64,000 nucleotides of DNA, taken from positions 4,987 through 68,986 of the forward strand of contig JACQKT010000018.1 of the NCBI GenBank assembly GCA_016204355.1, written 5' to 3'. Origin of the DNA: Candidatus Liptonbacteria bacterium (lineage in GTDB: Bacteria > Patescibacteriota > Minisyncoccia > UBA6257 > 2-01-FULL-56-20). Positions within the stretch are counted from its first letter, which is position 1, and each line of letters starts with the position of its first letter. Under the pieces are notes generated by a model. The model had not been told where the DNA came from and ran no database searches. It worked only from the letters and a program-made list of their open reading frames with translations. Shown in pieces: positions 8,989 to 19,046 of the stretch. A program made the position numbers and the translations under genes.

Positions 8989-11055
8989 TCAAATTTTTTC
9001 CATGGTTAGTCCGAATGTCATTGTACCCTCGGGGTTATCCGTTTCATATTCGAAAACCGGAGAATTATTCTCTTTCCAGATAAAGCCGACCGGCGCATAT
9101 ATTTCAAGTTTGTAAGTTCCTTCGCTTCCCGATTGTTTTTGGAAAATAAACTCGTATTTTTGGCCGCTCTTCGCCGGAGAAAATAAGTTGACCGAATAAT
9201 TCAGAATTATTCTGCTTGTTTTTCCGGGATCGGTCTTTGTCCAGAATCCGAATACTTTTTTCCCGCTTTCCCTGAATTCATCAACTCCCGGATACAAGAA
9301 ATTTTTCTTCGAGGTGGATTCTATTTCAAAAACCAACGGGTCGGATTTATAACCGTTTTTTGAATAATCGGTTTTAGGAACTATTTTCCTGTCCCATCCT
9401 CCGCCGAAACTTGAAAGAGATGTTGTTCCCGGAACAAAAATTTTCGAATAGGTTTCGTTGGTAAGTCTGTACCACCACGGATCGTTTTTCCCCCCATTGT
9501 GACGTCTTTCTACCTCAAGTTGATTCACGGCTGTCCCGTCCGAATTAAGCTGTGTTTTGAAAAAGACTTTTTGGCCCATCAGAAAATCGCTTTTCCCGCC
9601 GCCAACGTTGGCGTTGACAACAGCGAGATAGTCGCCGTTGAAATCCGCTGGCAAATCCAAAACCTTTCCGGAAATTCCGTAGAAATCGGCGAAATTTTCA
9701 AAGGCCGGGTCTTTGAAATACATCACGATATCTTTATTTCTTATCCATTCATAGAATTTTTCCGTTGCTGCCGAACTGTCTTTCGGCTGCAACGAAACGA
9801 GCCTGGACAAAAACTGCGGAACAAGTTCTATAATGATTTTTTTGGATTTTGTTCCGCCTGCTTGCGCGTTTTGGACTTCCTTTTGTATTTCCTTCAGGAA
9901 ATTGTTTTTGTCGATGATTAAATCCCTGTTTTCCAGTTTAATGGGTCCGGTCAATTCCAATACGTCGCCCAATACTTTCGGTGAAATCGCTATCGCTCCG
10001 TCAAAAGACACCTTTCCGGCGTACATTTTCGATTTTTCCATCAGTTCAATGGCCTTCGACATGGAAAGGCCTGCGTCGAAAAACCAGTTTGAATCGGCTA
10101 TGGTCCAGGCTTTTTCTATCGCCTGCAGGGGCTTGGGAGGAATTATGTTCTCTTCGAGCAATTTGTCCGGGTCATTTATGTCGTGAACCTCGACTGATTT
10201 CACGTTTCCACCCGAAAAAATCACGTCGGCGTAACTTCCTATAAATCCGCCGCTCGGCCTTATCTCCGAAGAATTTTCAAAAAGCACGAGAATATGCTTG
10301 TCCTCTTCCGAAGACAAAAAATTTATGAGGGCGAAAAGAAAATCGTTCATACGCCTGAAATTCAACTGGACCGACAAAGGAGATCCGTATCCGCCCGACA
10401 AAAAGTTGTCTATTCCCAAATCGAGAGAATTGAGTTTGTTGTTGGATTCGTTGATCAGTTCGATGTATTTCTTCGTATTTTCAAGTTTGGATATCAGTTC
10501 TTGCCCGTCTCCGCTTAAAAGAAGCTTCGGCCAGTTTTCGGTGAAATCCTCCAATTCGCGGATCAACCCCATGCCCGCGAGCGAAAAATTCTGGAAGCTC
10601 GAGTAAATCGAGCCGGCATTCTCCCATAATGATTTTGTCTTCACCAAATCCAAAACGCTTAACCGCGAATCTCCCAGATAGCTGTCCGCATTGTCTCCGT
10701 TGGTTTTCAAAAGCAGATGACCTACGTCGCCGCTCGCAAGATTGAAGTAACCTATCAAGTTGTTCCACTTGGCATAAACTCCGGCCCCCCACAAAAGAGC
10801 GACAATAACGAAAACGCCCAAAGAAATGAAAACAAGCTTCTTAATAAATTTTTTTTTGCCGCGCGAAGGTGCGGGAACGGAAAAGCCGTTTTTCGATTCC
10901 GCCTTTTCCGTTCCGAAAAATTGAGGGAATACTCTCTCGTTGAAGTTACCGTCCGAAAAAAGCCGCTTTTTCTGGTAGGCATCATTAATGCCCGGATTTT
11001 TCTGTATGTCAGCGAGGTCGCTGGAAACATTTTTTCTGGGAACTTTCCGCTTCAT
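8989..11055 (-). CDS. DUF4012-like membrane-anchored extracellular protein
   Basis: TM then LVLFENSSEIRPSGGFIGSY, DSNWFFD and VNANVGGGKSD motifs. Confidence 0.75.
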   Translation of the reverse strand: MKRKVPRKNVSSDLADIQKNPGINDAYQKKRLFSDGNFNERVFPQFFGTEKAESKNGFSVPAPSRGKKKFIKKLVFISLGVFVIVALLWGAGVYAKWNNLIGYFNLASGDVGHLLLKTNGDNADSYLGDSRLSVLDLVKTKSLWENAGSIYSSFQNFSLAGMGLIRELEDFTENWPKLLLSGDGQELISKLENTKKYIELINESNNKLNSLDLGIDNFLSGGYGSPLSVQLNFRRMNDFLFALINFLSSEEDKHILVLFENSSEIRPSGGFIGSYADVIFSGGNVKSVEVHDINDPDKLLEENIIPPKPLQAIEKAWTIADSNWFFDAGLSMSKAIELMEKSKMYAGKVSFDGAIAISPKVLGDVLELTGPIKLENRDLIIDKNNFLKEIQKEVQNAQAGGTKSKKIIIELVPQFLSRLVSLQPKDSSAATEKFYEWIRNKDIVMYFKDPAFENFADFYGISGKVLDLPADFNGDYLAVVNANVGGGKSDFLMGQKVFFKTQLNSDGTAVNQLEVERRHNGGKNDPWWYRLTNETYSKIFVPGTTSLSSFGGGWDRKIVPKTDYSKNGYKSDPLVFEIESTSKKNFLYPGVDEFRESGKKVFGFWTKTDPGKTSRIILNYSVNLFSPAKSGQKYEFIFQKQSGSEGTYKLEIYAPVGFIWKENNSPVFEYETDNPEGTMTFGLTMEKI

Positions 11056-11298
11056 TCTCCAAGAATTCTACTCGTCCAAACACGGAAATTCAATTTGTTT
11101 TCAGCGCCCTATTTGAGGAGAAATCTGTCTTGCTCTATTTCGATTTTGATACCGTTCAAATAATTTTTTATTGCCTTTTTTGCCCCTAAATCCATAGCTT
11201 TGGATGGCTCAAACCACGAAAATTCCTTCAGTTCTCTTTCTTCCAAAACGACGTCTTCCGTAAGCGCTTCGCAAACGCAATGGAAGTAAATAAACTTG

Positions 11299-11372
11299 TT
11301 GCGGGGGCGGGACTCGAACCCGCTTCGGGAGCTTATGGGGCTCCCCGGTAAACCTTTCCCAACCCTCCCGCG
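11299..11372 (-). tRNA. atypical tRNA with CAT anticodon (initiator-like, possibly degenerate)
   Basis: CGCGGGA..CCCCGCA acceptor with C1:A72, GGAGC-CCCATAA-GCTCC anticodon arm and perfect T-arm; lacks U8 and U33. Confidence 0.6.
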
Positions 11373-11477
11373 ATTTCGATGCGAGGCTCGCCAAAGGCGG
11401 CCCGCGGTGCCCGAAGATTATATTTCCCGGAGTTTAAATTGTCAAAACCGTTTATTGATGTCAAAATAATTCCTGAA

Positions 11478-11549
11478 GTCAGGGTAGCTCAACGGTGGAG
11501 CAGGGCTTTCATAAGGCCAAGGTTGTGGGTTCGAGTCCCGCCCCTGACA
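11478..11549 (+). tRNA. tRNA-Met/Ile2 (CAT)
   Basis: GTCAGGG/CCCTGAC acceptor, loop TTCATAA, GTTCGAGTC T-arm; CCA not encoded. Confidence 0.88.
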
Positions 11550-11556
11550 CACTAAC

Positions 11557-12912
11557 ATGAAAATCGCCATTTTGGGCTTCGCAAGAGAAGGACGCTCGGT
11601 CCTTAAATTCCTTCAAAAGGACCGAGAATTCAAAAAATCTGAGATTTGGATTTTGGACAAAAATCCCAATTCGGTATCGGGTATTAACCGGGTGCCCGGG
11701 ATACGAACCGGCAAGAATTATCTAAAAAATCTGCATGTCTTCGATGTTGTTTTTCGCTCGCCCGGAATACCTTATTTGTCGCCGGAAATACAAAAGGCGG
11801 AAAGAAAAGGCACAGAAATATTGAGCGCAACCAAGATATTTTTCGAAAGATGCCCCGGAACTATTATCGGCATCACAGGGACGAAAGGTAAAGGAACCAC
11901 GTCTACGATTCTCTACAAGATGCTTAAAGCCCATTCGACAAGCTCAGGGCAAGCCGGAGGCAGGAAGGTTTTTCTGGCGGGAAATATAGGCAGGCCGGCG
12001 CTGGATATGCTTTCGAAAATCGACAAAAAATCTCTTGTTGTTTTCGAACTCTCGAGCTTCCAGCTTCAAGACATGAAAATGTCCCCGGAGATAGCCGTTG
12101 TTCTGGATATTTTCCCCGACCATCTGGACGCACACAAAAATGTCAGAGAATATTACGCGGCTAAAGCTAATATCACGAAATATCAGAGCAAAAAGGACAG
12201 GGTTTTTTCCTTCAAAAACAACAGCTTGAGCGGGAAAATGGCTGCAAACGGTAAAGGCCTCAAGATTGTCGTGGACGAAAAGAAATTCGGACTTTTTTCT
12301 TCCGGCGACCTGAAAATCGATGGGCCGCATAATTTCAAAAACGCCGTTATGGCTGCGACTGTCGCGAAATCGCTGGGCGTGTCGAATAAAGCCATTGTTA
12401 AAACGATAAGGAATTTCCGCGGGATGGAGCACAGATTGGAATTTGTAAGGAAAATTAAATTGCAAATTCATTCGCATACAATTTCGCGTAATTTGCATTA
12501 TGTTTACTTTTACAACGATTCCGCTTCGACAAATCCGCAGACCGCCGCGGCGGCCATGGAATCTTTTCCGAAAAAAGAAAAAATACTTGTAGCGGGAGGA
12601 CAGGATAAAAATCTGAGTTATGCTCCTCTTAAAAAAGCGATTGAGAAATCCGGAACGAAATTTTTGGTTCTCTTCGGAGAAAACAAAAGCAAAATCGGAA
12701 AATCGGTAAGAGGGTCCGGAGCCGAGATAGCGTTTACGAAAAATCTCGCCGAGGCGATTAAAGAATCGCGTAAACGCGCGGAACACCTGGCGGCCCGAAA
12801 AGATTCTGATGTAGCCGTTCTTTTTTCTCCCGCTTCGACAAGTTTCGATATGTTCGAAAATTACGAGGATCGCGGCGATAAGTTCAAAAAAATCGTAAAA
12901 CAGTTAAAATAA
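11557..12912 (+). CDS. murD: UDP-N-acetylmuramoyl-L-alanine--D-glutamate ligase
   Basis: RSPGI, GITGTKGKGTT, ELSSFQL, DHLD, HRLE, NDS and SPASTSFDMF..YEDRG. Confidence 0.95.
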   Translation: MKIAILGFAREGRSVLKFLQKDREFKKSEIWILDKNPNSVSGINRVPGIRTGKNYLKNLHVFDVVFRSPGIPYLSPEIQKAERKGTEILSATKIFFERCPGTIIGITGTKGKGTTSTILYKMLKAHSTSSGQAGGRKVFLAGNIGRPALDMLSKIDKKSLVVFELSSFQLQDMKMSPEIAVVLDIFPDHLDAHKNVREYYAAKANITKYQSKKDRVFSFKNNSLSGKMAANGKGLKIVVDEKKFGLFSSGDLKIDGPHNFKNAVMAATVAKSLGVSNKAIVKTIRNFRGMEHRLEFVRKIKLQIHSHTISRNLHYVYFYNDSASTNPQTAAAAMESFPKKEKILVAGGQDKNLSYAPLKKAIEKSGTKFLVLFGENKSKIGKSVRGSGAEIAFTKNLAEAIKESRKRAEHLAARKDSDVAVLFSPASTSFDMFENYEDRGDKFKKIVKQLK

Positions 12913-12916
12913 ACGA

Positions 12917-13210
12917 ATGCTTTCAGAGATAGATAAAAAAACCATAGAATATCTCGCCGAACTCTCCAGGATAAAGCTCGGCGCCGACGAAGAAAATAAA
13001 ATACTTAAGGACTTGAAAAAAATCCTCGTTTATTTCGAGGAGCTGAAATCACTCGATACTTCCGGCATAGAAACCATGAATGGAGGTACCGAGGCTAAAA
13101 ACGAATTCAGGAACGACGATGACAGGACGGATACCGACAAAGGAAATGGCGTTGAGGCGTTCCCCGAAAAAGAAAACGGCTTTTTAAAAGTGCCTCCGGT
13201 GTTCGAATGA
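12917..13210 (+). CDS. gatC: Asp/Glu-tRNA amidotransferase subunit C
   Basis: YLAELSRI, FLKVPPV; directly upstream of gatA. Confidence 0.9.
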   Translation: MLSEIDKKTIEYLAELSRIKLGADEENKILKDLKKILVYFEELKSLDTSGIETMNGGTEAKNEFRNDDDRTDTDKGNGVEAFPEKENGFLKVPPVFE

Positions 13211-13269
13211 ACATAATGCGAACGATGCGAATTTGTATGCGAATACCACGAATGTATTAGGAAAATCGA

Positions 13270-14751
13270 ATGACTCCACTAAAGAATCTCACAATAAAAA
13301 AATTCAATGAGGGCCTCGTAAAAAAGGATTTTTCCGCAGCTGAAATAGCTGACGCTTTTCTCCGGGAAATTTCACGAAAAGACGGCGAAATAGGAGCTTA
13401 TTTGAGCATCAACGAAGAAGGCGCGCTACGGGAAGCGGAAGCTGTAGATGCTTCGTTGGCAAAAGGAGAAAAAATCGGCCCTTTTGCCGGAGTTCCCATC
13501 GCAATAAAGGACAACATTCTTATAAAGGGCCTGCGGGCAACGGCCGCTTCAAAAATTCTCGAAAACTACACGGCAAGTTATGACGCGGGCATAATAAAAA
13601 AGTTAAAAAACGAACGCGCAGTTTTTCTCGGCAAAACGAACATGGACGAATTTGCAATGGGTTCTTCGACGGAAAATTCGGCCTTTAAAATGACAAAAAA
13701 TCCGCATGATAACGAGCGGGTTCCCGGGGGCTCTTCCGGCGGGTCCGCTGCCGCAGTGGCGGCCGATCTTGCCGTAGCGGCATTAGGCTCTGATACCGGC
13801 GGCTCCATTCGCGAACCGGCTGCGTTTTGCGGCGTGGTCGGATTGAAACCTACGTACGGCGCGGTCTCCCGCTCCGGCTTAATCGCTATGGCTTCGAGCC
13901 TGGATCAAATCGGGCCGATAACGAAAACGGTTCAGGATTCGGCTCTTCTTTTCAACGCAATACGCGGACAGGACGCGCTCGATGCCACCAGTACGGAAAT
14001 TCCCGGAAGTGAAAATTATATCAGGGAACTCTTGGATCCAGATCTGAAAAAAATAAAAGATTTGGTAATCGGCATTCCGGGAGAGTACTTCCCCGAAGAA
14101 TTGGATGAAACAACAAAGAAAAGCATAGATGTCACAATAAAAACTGTCCAAAGTCTCGGAGTTAAATTCAAAAAAATCTCATTACCCAACACCAGATACG
14201 CACTATCGTGCTATTACATAATCATGCCGGCGGAGGTAAGTTCCAATTTGGCGCGTTTCGATGGAATAAGGTACGGCAGAAAGACGGAAGGCGTACAGCC
14301 GGCAACAAACCTGAAAGATATTTATTTCAAGACAAGAGGCGAAGGGTTCGGAAATGAAGCGAAAAGAAGAATTATTTTAGGAACTTTTGTCTTGTCGTCG
14401 GGTTACTACGATTCTTACTATAAAAAAGCGCAGCAGGTAAGGAGACTTATAAAAAATGATTTTGAAAACGCGCTCAAAGAAGTAGACGCTATAATGACGC
14501 CGGTGACTCCCGGCCCAGCTTTCAAAATCGGAGAAAAAACAGAAGACCCTTTAACAATGTATCTATCTGACATTTTCACTATACCGGCAAACTTAGCCGG
14601 ACTGCCGGCCGTTTCCATACCTGTCCGCGAAAAAAAGGAGGGCCTGCCGATAGGATTCCAGCTTATCGGCAAAGCATGGCGCGAACCCGATATACTCGGA
14701 CTCGGTTTTTATTACGAAAAAACAACCGCTCCCGAACTTTACGAGAATTAA
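13270..14751 (+). CDS. gatA: Asp/Glu-tRNA amidotransferase subunit A
   Basis: GKTNMDEFAMGSSTE, PGGSSGGS and GSDTGGSIR amidase signature. Confidence 0.96.
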   Translation: MTPLKNLTIKKFNEGLVKKDFSAAEIADAFLREISRKDGEIGAYLSINEEGALREAEAVDASLAKGEKIGPFAGVPIAIKDNILIKGLRATAASKILENYTASYDAGIIKKLKNERAVFLGKTNMDEFAMGSSTENSAFKMTKNPHDNERVPGGSSGGSAAAVAADLAVAALGSDTGGSIREPAAFCGVVGLKPTYGAVSRSGLIAMASSLDQIGPITKTVQDSALLFNAIRGQDALDATSTEIPGSENYIRELLDPDLKKIKDLVIGIPGEYFPEELDETTKKSIDVTIKTVQSLGVKFKKISLPNTRYALSCYYIIMPAEVSSNLARFDGIRYGRKTEGVQPATNLKDIYFKTRGEGFGNEAKRRIILGTFVLSSGYYDSYYKKAQQVRRLIKNDFENALKEVDAIMTPVTPGPAFKIGEKTEDPLTMYLSDIFTIPANLAGLPAVSIPVREKKEGLPIGFQLIGKAWREPDILGLGFYYEKTTAPELYEN

Positions 14752-14755
14752 AGGA

Positions 14756-15751
14756 TTATTGCCCGGGAGCCGTACTCGTGGCGCTTTGTGCTACCTGTCC
14801 GTTAACGGTTGTAACAGTAAGCTGATTCGATCCCGGCTGATGCGTTCCTTTGAGTTCAACCGATGAGCCGAGCAGGGGTTTAAGCGCTGCGTCTACTGCG
14901 GCATCTTTGGAATTTTTTACAACGAGAAAAACATTCTTGTCGGTTACCAGAGAATAAAGCGATTTTCCTCCGCCTCCTAGCGTTCCGGAGATGCTGAAAG
15001 CGACCGGTTCCGTTGAACTACCCTCTCCCAAGGCAAAAATGGAGAGCTGGTTGCCGAGATTTTCTATAGTTTTATCTAGTGTTGTAATTTGTTCCGTCAG
15101 GGCGTTTTTTTCTTTCGTAACCGATTCAAGTTGTCCTTCTACCGCCCCCTTGGCGGTCGTCAAGGATTGTATTTCGGAATTTACGCTGCCGCCTTTCACA
15201 TAAAAATGAATATTTCCTCCGAGAAGCACGATTGAAAGAATTCCCAAGGAAAGAATGGCATAAAAATTTTTACCGCCCTTAAAACCGTTTTTTTTCTGCT
15301 GTGAAAGCGAAATTACTTCCGGTTTTGCCCCGGACGGCTTTGCCGGGTCCGTCCCTGTGACGCTTTTGGGCTGGAAAACGCTTTCACCTTTCGGCTGGAA
15401 TATGTCGCTTGTGACAAAAGACACCGGCGATGATTTTGCCGGGGACGGGGAAGGCTGTTCCGCTGTAGGCTTGGCGACTACAATCGGCTCCAGGGGTTTT
15501 GGTTGCTGGGTCGGTTGTTGCTGCTGCACAGGTTGAACCTGAGTCGTCTGAATTGGTTGAACCGGTTGGATCGGTAATGTTGGTTTTAAAGGAGTTCCGT
15601 TTTCCGGCGAAATTTCCGTTTCCGCGATTGCCTGACTTATGTCCACCTCTCTCCATCCTGCAGTAACAAGAGCACTCTTTATGGTGTCCTTCGAAACGCC
15701 GAGTTTTGTCTGCTGGATGATGTAATCTTTAAGTTCTTGATTGGCTGCCAT
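14756..15751 (-). CDS. membrane-anchored hypothetical protein (P/Q-rich linker, TM, coiled coil, beta domain)
   Basis: N-terminal IKSALVTAGW helical motif, Q/P-rich region, TM segment, heptad repeats. Confidence 0.7.
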   Translation of the reverse strand: MAANQELKDYIIQQTKLGVSKDTIKSALVTAGWREVDISQAIAETEISPENGTPLKPTLPIQPVQPIQTTQVQPVQQQQPTQQPKPLEPIVVAKPTAEQPSPSPAKSSPVSFVTSDIFQPKGESVFQPKSVTGTDPAKPSGAKPEVISLSQQKKNGFKGGKNFYAILSLGILSIVLLGGNIHFYVKGGSVNSEIQSLTTAKGAVEGQLESVTKEKNALTEQITTLDKTIENLGNQLSIFALGEGSSTEPVAFSISGTLGGGGKSLYSLVTDKNVFLVVKNSKDAAVDAALKPLLGSSVELKGTHQPGSNQLTVTTVNGQVAQSATSTAPGQ

Positions 15752-15838
15752 CGGACTTATTATAGCAAATCCATTTAAAAAGATATGTGGAAAATAATGT
15801 CTCTTTGCCGGCGAAATGATGTCAGGTAGAATGAACGG

Positions 15839-16339
15839 ATGATTTTAGCGACGCATGCCGTGGTTGGAGCCGCCTCAGCTATCGTTTTCCGCGACAATCC
15901 CGCGATTGCATTGACTGTCGCTTTTTTGAGTCATTTCGTTCTCGATGCCATCCCTCATTGGCACTACAGGCTCCTTTCGAGAATAATCGATGCCTCTTTG
16001 CAATTCGGAGAAAAGCTCAATTTTAACGGGGAGTTTTTAAAAGACACCTTCCGCACCGGTATTGATTTCGGGGTCGGATTGGTTATTTCGCTTGCGATTT
16101 CGCAATCTTTTTATCCAGATTACTTCTGGCTGACGGCTTTCGGCGCTTTCGCCGGCGCTTTGCCTGACTTACTGCAAGTGATTTATGAAAGATTTCCGAA
16201 TACACCGCTCTATCATTTCAAAAAATTCCACGAAAACGTTCATGCAAAAACTTCTCTTGACGAACAACCGCTGGTCGGCATTTCCCAGCAGATAATCGTA
16301 TCAATAGCGGCGGCTTTTGTGATGATTTATTTTAGCTGA
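15839..16339 (+). CDS. membrane-bound metal-dependent hydrolase-like protein
   Basis: THAVVG, SHFVLDAIPH, LPD and FH..VH motifs with several TMs. Confidence 0.65.
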   Translation: MILATHAVVGAASAIVFRDNPAIALTVAFLSHFVLDAIPHWHYRLLSRIIDASLQFGEKLNFNGEFLKDTFRTGIDFGVGLVISLAISQSFYPDYFWLTAFGAFAGALPDLLQVIYERFPNTPLYHFKKFHENVHAKTSLDEQPLVGISQQIIVSIAAAFVMIYFS

Positions 16340-16443
16340 TCTGCGTATCGTTCAAATCCAGCCACCCGAAAAGTTAGTCCTTCGACTTCGCTCAGGACAG
16401 CGAAATTCTAAAGCCCGCAAAAGTGGGCTAAGAATTTCAGCTG

Positions 16444-16517
16444 CGCGGGCGGCCGGATTTGAACCGGTGACCTTCCCCGTGACAGGGGGACGTTCTGCCA
16501 GGCTGAACTACGCCCGC
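16444..16517 (-). tRNA. tRNA-Asp(GTC)
   Basis: GCGGGCG/CGCCCGC acceptor, TCCCC-CTGTCAC-GGGGA anticodon arm, G73. Confidence 0.93.
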
Positions 16518-16570
16518 ATGCGTACAACAAATGATATTGTTTTGAAAGCAAAAAATCAAACCTGCTATCG

Positions 16571-18628
16571 CTATTTAATCAACTTTATGAATTCCTCTTC
16601 GGAAATTATTTTTATACCCAGTTTTTGCGCTTTTTCAAGCTTGGAACCCGGTTCGCTGCCTGCCACGACATAAGACGTTTTCTTGCCAACCGATTCCGAA
16701 ACGTCTCCGCCGAGACTAAGGATTTTTTCTTTAGCTTCATCGCGAGGCATCGATTCCAGTCCTCCTGTCAGAACGAACGTTTTACCTTTCAGCCTGCCGC
16801 TTGCCTGCCTTGGGCGCAGCCGGGGAGTTGCTATCATAATCCCGGCCGATTCCAATTTTTCAACAAGATTGATATTTCTACGCTCACGGAACCAACCATA
16901 AATGCTTTGCGAGACTTTCGGACCAATATCTTGGATTTCTTGCAGATTTTCCAAAGACATTTTCTGAAATATTTTGAGGATATCAATCGGCTTCGATATT
17001 CCGCTCTTGATACTCGATATATTCTGTGCGAGCAAATTTGCAGTTTCTTCACCGACATGAAGAATCCCCAATGAATAAATGAATCTGTTCAATAATATTT
17101 TTTTTTTGTTTTCTATTTCACCGATGATATTTTCTGCTGATTTTTCGCCGAAACGTTCAAGCGCCGCTATGTCCCCTTCCTCCAGCTCAAAAATGTCCGC
17201 AGCGTCGGAGATAAGGCCTTCGTCGAGAAATCTATCCATTATCTTGGGGCCTAGACCCCGGATATCGAATGCCGGACGCGAAACGGAATGATAAAGCGCT
17301 TCCCTGTGACGCGCCCCGCATTGCGGGTTCGAACACCGCCACGCGACACCGTCGCGCACGACTTTCGAACCGTCTATCGGGCACTTGTCCGGCATTTTGA
17401 ATTCTCTTTCTTTTCCGGTCCTCATCTCTTCAAGGACCTTTGTAATTTGAGGAATTACGTCTCCCGCGCGGCTGACGACAACAGTATCGCCGACTTTCAA
17501 GCCGAGCCGTTTTATTTCGTCCGCGTTATGAAGTGTCGCGTGCGCGATGGTAACTCCGCCGACCTGAACCGGCCGCATAACGGCCACCGGAGTAAGCACT
17601 CCGGTCCTTCCGACCTGCACCTTTATGTCCTCGACGACCGTCGTGGCTTCTTTGGGAGAAAACTTATAGGCGATCGCGGCGCGCGGAGCTTTCCCGATCA
17701 CTCCCGCAGCATCATGACTTTTGTTATCATCCAAAACCACGACTATCCCGTCTATTTCGTAAGGGAGCCTTTCTCTGTTTTTGTTCCAATAATCGCGGAA
17801 CTCGAATACGTCTTCGACTGTCCGGCAAATTTTGTTGTTAGAATTCACGCGGAATCCCAATTTGTGGAGAATTTCATGTTCTTCGCTGTGTCTTTTTTGC
17901 CCCAATCTGGTTACGATGCCGTATTGAAAAGAATCGAGTTTTCTCTCGGCGGTGATTTTGGGGTCGAGTTGACGGACGGAACCCGCCGCGACATTGCGCG
18001 GATTGGCGTAAAGCTTAAGCCCCATTTTTTTCTGTTCCCGATTTATCGAATCGAATTCTCTCTTGTTCAAAAAAACTTCTCCGCGAACAACCATGCGCTC
18101 TGGTATTTTGAATTTGGAGCCTGGTGCTTTGATTTTGAGCGGTATCGCCTCTATTGTTTTGAGATTTTGCGTGACGTCTTCCCCAATTTCTCCATCCCCG
18201 CGGGTGGAACCTTCCGTTAAAATTCCTTTTTCGTAAACGAGTTCTATTGCAAGGCCGTCTATTTTCAATTCTGCATAAAACGGGCCGCCTATTTTTCTTC
18301 CCAAAAAGTTCGATAATCGTTCGAGCCAGTCATGAGTATCTTCTTCCGAAAAAGCGTCGTTGAACGAAAGCATTCTTTTTTCATGGCGGACTTTTTTGAA
18401 TTGTTTCAGCGGTTCGCCGCCGACACGTTGGGTCGGCGAATCAGGCGTTATAAATTCCGGAAAGAGCTGTTCAAGATCAAACAGCTCTTTCTTAAGGGTG
18501 TCCTCGGCTTCCGGAGAAATTTTTTCTTTGTTCAATACAAGACGGCTATATCTGTACGCATTTATGGTTTTCTTTAGGTGTTCGATTCTTTCTTTGGCCG
18601 ATTTTTTTTTCGTGCTATCCGTCTTCAT
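16571..18628 (-). CDS. ligA: NAD-dependent DNA ligase
   Basis: ELKIDG, TRGDG..GEDVT, NPRN.AAGS, Zn finger and BRCT; start placed at MKTD (18628) to avoid overlap with the upstream gene. Confidence 0.95.
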   Translation of the reverse strand: MKTDSTKKKSAKERIEHLKKTINAYRYSRLVLNKEKISPEAEDTLKKELFDLEQLFPEFITPDSPTQRVGGEPLKQFKKVRHEKRMLSFNDAFSEEDTHDWLERLSNFLGRKIGGPFYAELKIDGLAIELVYEKGILTEGSTRGDGEIGEDVTQNLKTIEAIPLKIKAPGSKFKIPERMVVRGEVFLNKREFDSINREQKKMGLKLYANPRNVAAGSVRQLDPKITAERKLDSFQYGIVTRLGQKRHSEEHEILHKLGFRVNSNNKICRTVEDVFEFRDYWNKNRERLPYEIDGIVVVLDDNKSHDAAGVIGKAPRAAIAYKFSPKEATTVVEDIKVQVGRTGVLTPVAVMRPVQVGGVTIAHATLHNADEIKRLGLKVGDTVVVSRAGDVIPQITKVLEEMRTGKEREFKMPDKCPIDGSKVVRDGVAWRCSNPQCGARHREALYHSVSRPAFDIRGLGPKIMDRFLDEGLISDAADIFELEEGDIAALERFGEKSAENIIGEIENKKKILLNRFIYSLGILHVGEETANLLAQNISSIKSGISKPIDILKIFQKMSLENLQEIQDIGPKVSQSIYGWFRERRNINLVEKLESAGIMIATPRLRPRQASGRLKGKTFVLTGGLESMPRDEAKEKILSLGGDVSESVGKKTSYVVAGSEPGSKLEKAQKLGIKIISEEEFIKLIK

Positions 18629-18638
18629 ATGCGATTTG

Positions 18639-19043
18639 TTACAAGCGCAATTCAAAAACTCTGTATAGCCCCCCGGCTCTTCCAAAAGACCTTATAATCG
18701 TCGTTGAGGCGCTTCCGCAGCCGCTAAGTTGGTTAAGCGAAGAATCATAGCAACTGACCGTAAAAGATGCGCCGTTTGAAAATACCGGTTGTGCCACAGT
18801 GGATGTCGGATGGATGAATTGATAAAGCCCCCAGTCTACTCCGGCATCGGCCGCGAAAATCGCTTTCGCGGAATCGGCGGAGTTCGACGACATTTTTATC
18901 TGGTAAATTATCAAAAGGCTTGCGATAGCGGTAGCTCCGAGCATTATCGCGCCCAGCGTCAAAACGCTGAGCAGCATAACCTGCCCTTTCTTGAAGGAAT
19001 TTTTCAATCTGCCGAATTGTGGCGGAAAAGTCAAATTCCTCAT
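18639..19043 (-). CDS. PilX-like minor pilin
   Basis: KKGQVMLL hydrophobic N-terminus and AIFAADAGVD motif. Confidence 0.7.
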   Translation of the reverse strand: MRNLTFPPQFGRLKNSFKKGQVMLLSVLTLGAIMLGATAIASLLIIYQIKMSSNSADSAKAIFAADAGVDWGLYQFIHPTSTVAQPVFSNGASFTVSCYDSSLNQLSGCGSASTTIIRSFGRAGGLYRVFELRL

Positions 19044-19046
19044 ATT

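Noticed and set aside
12917-14751. Missing gatB as a novelty
   Set aside because: gatB is often encoded separately and its absence cannot be judged from one window.
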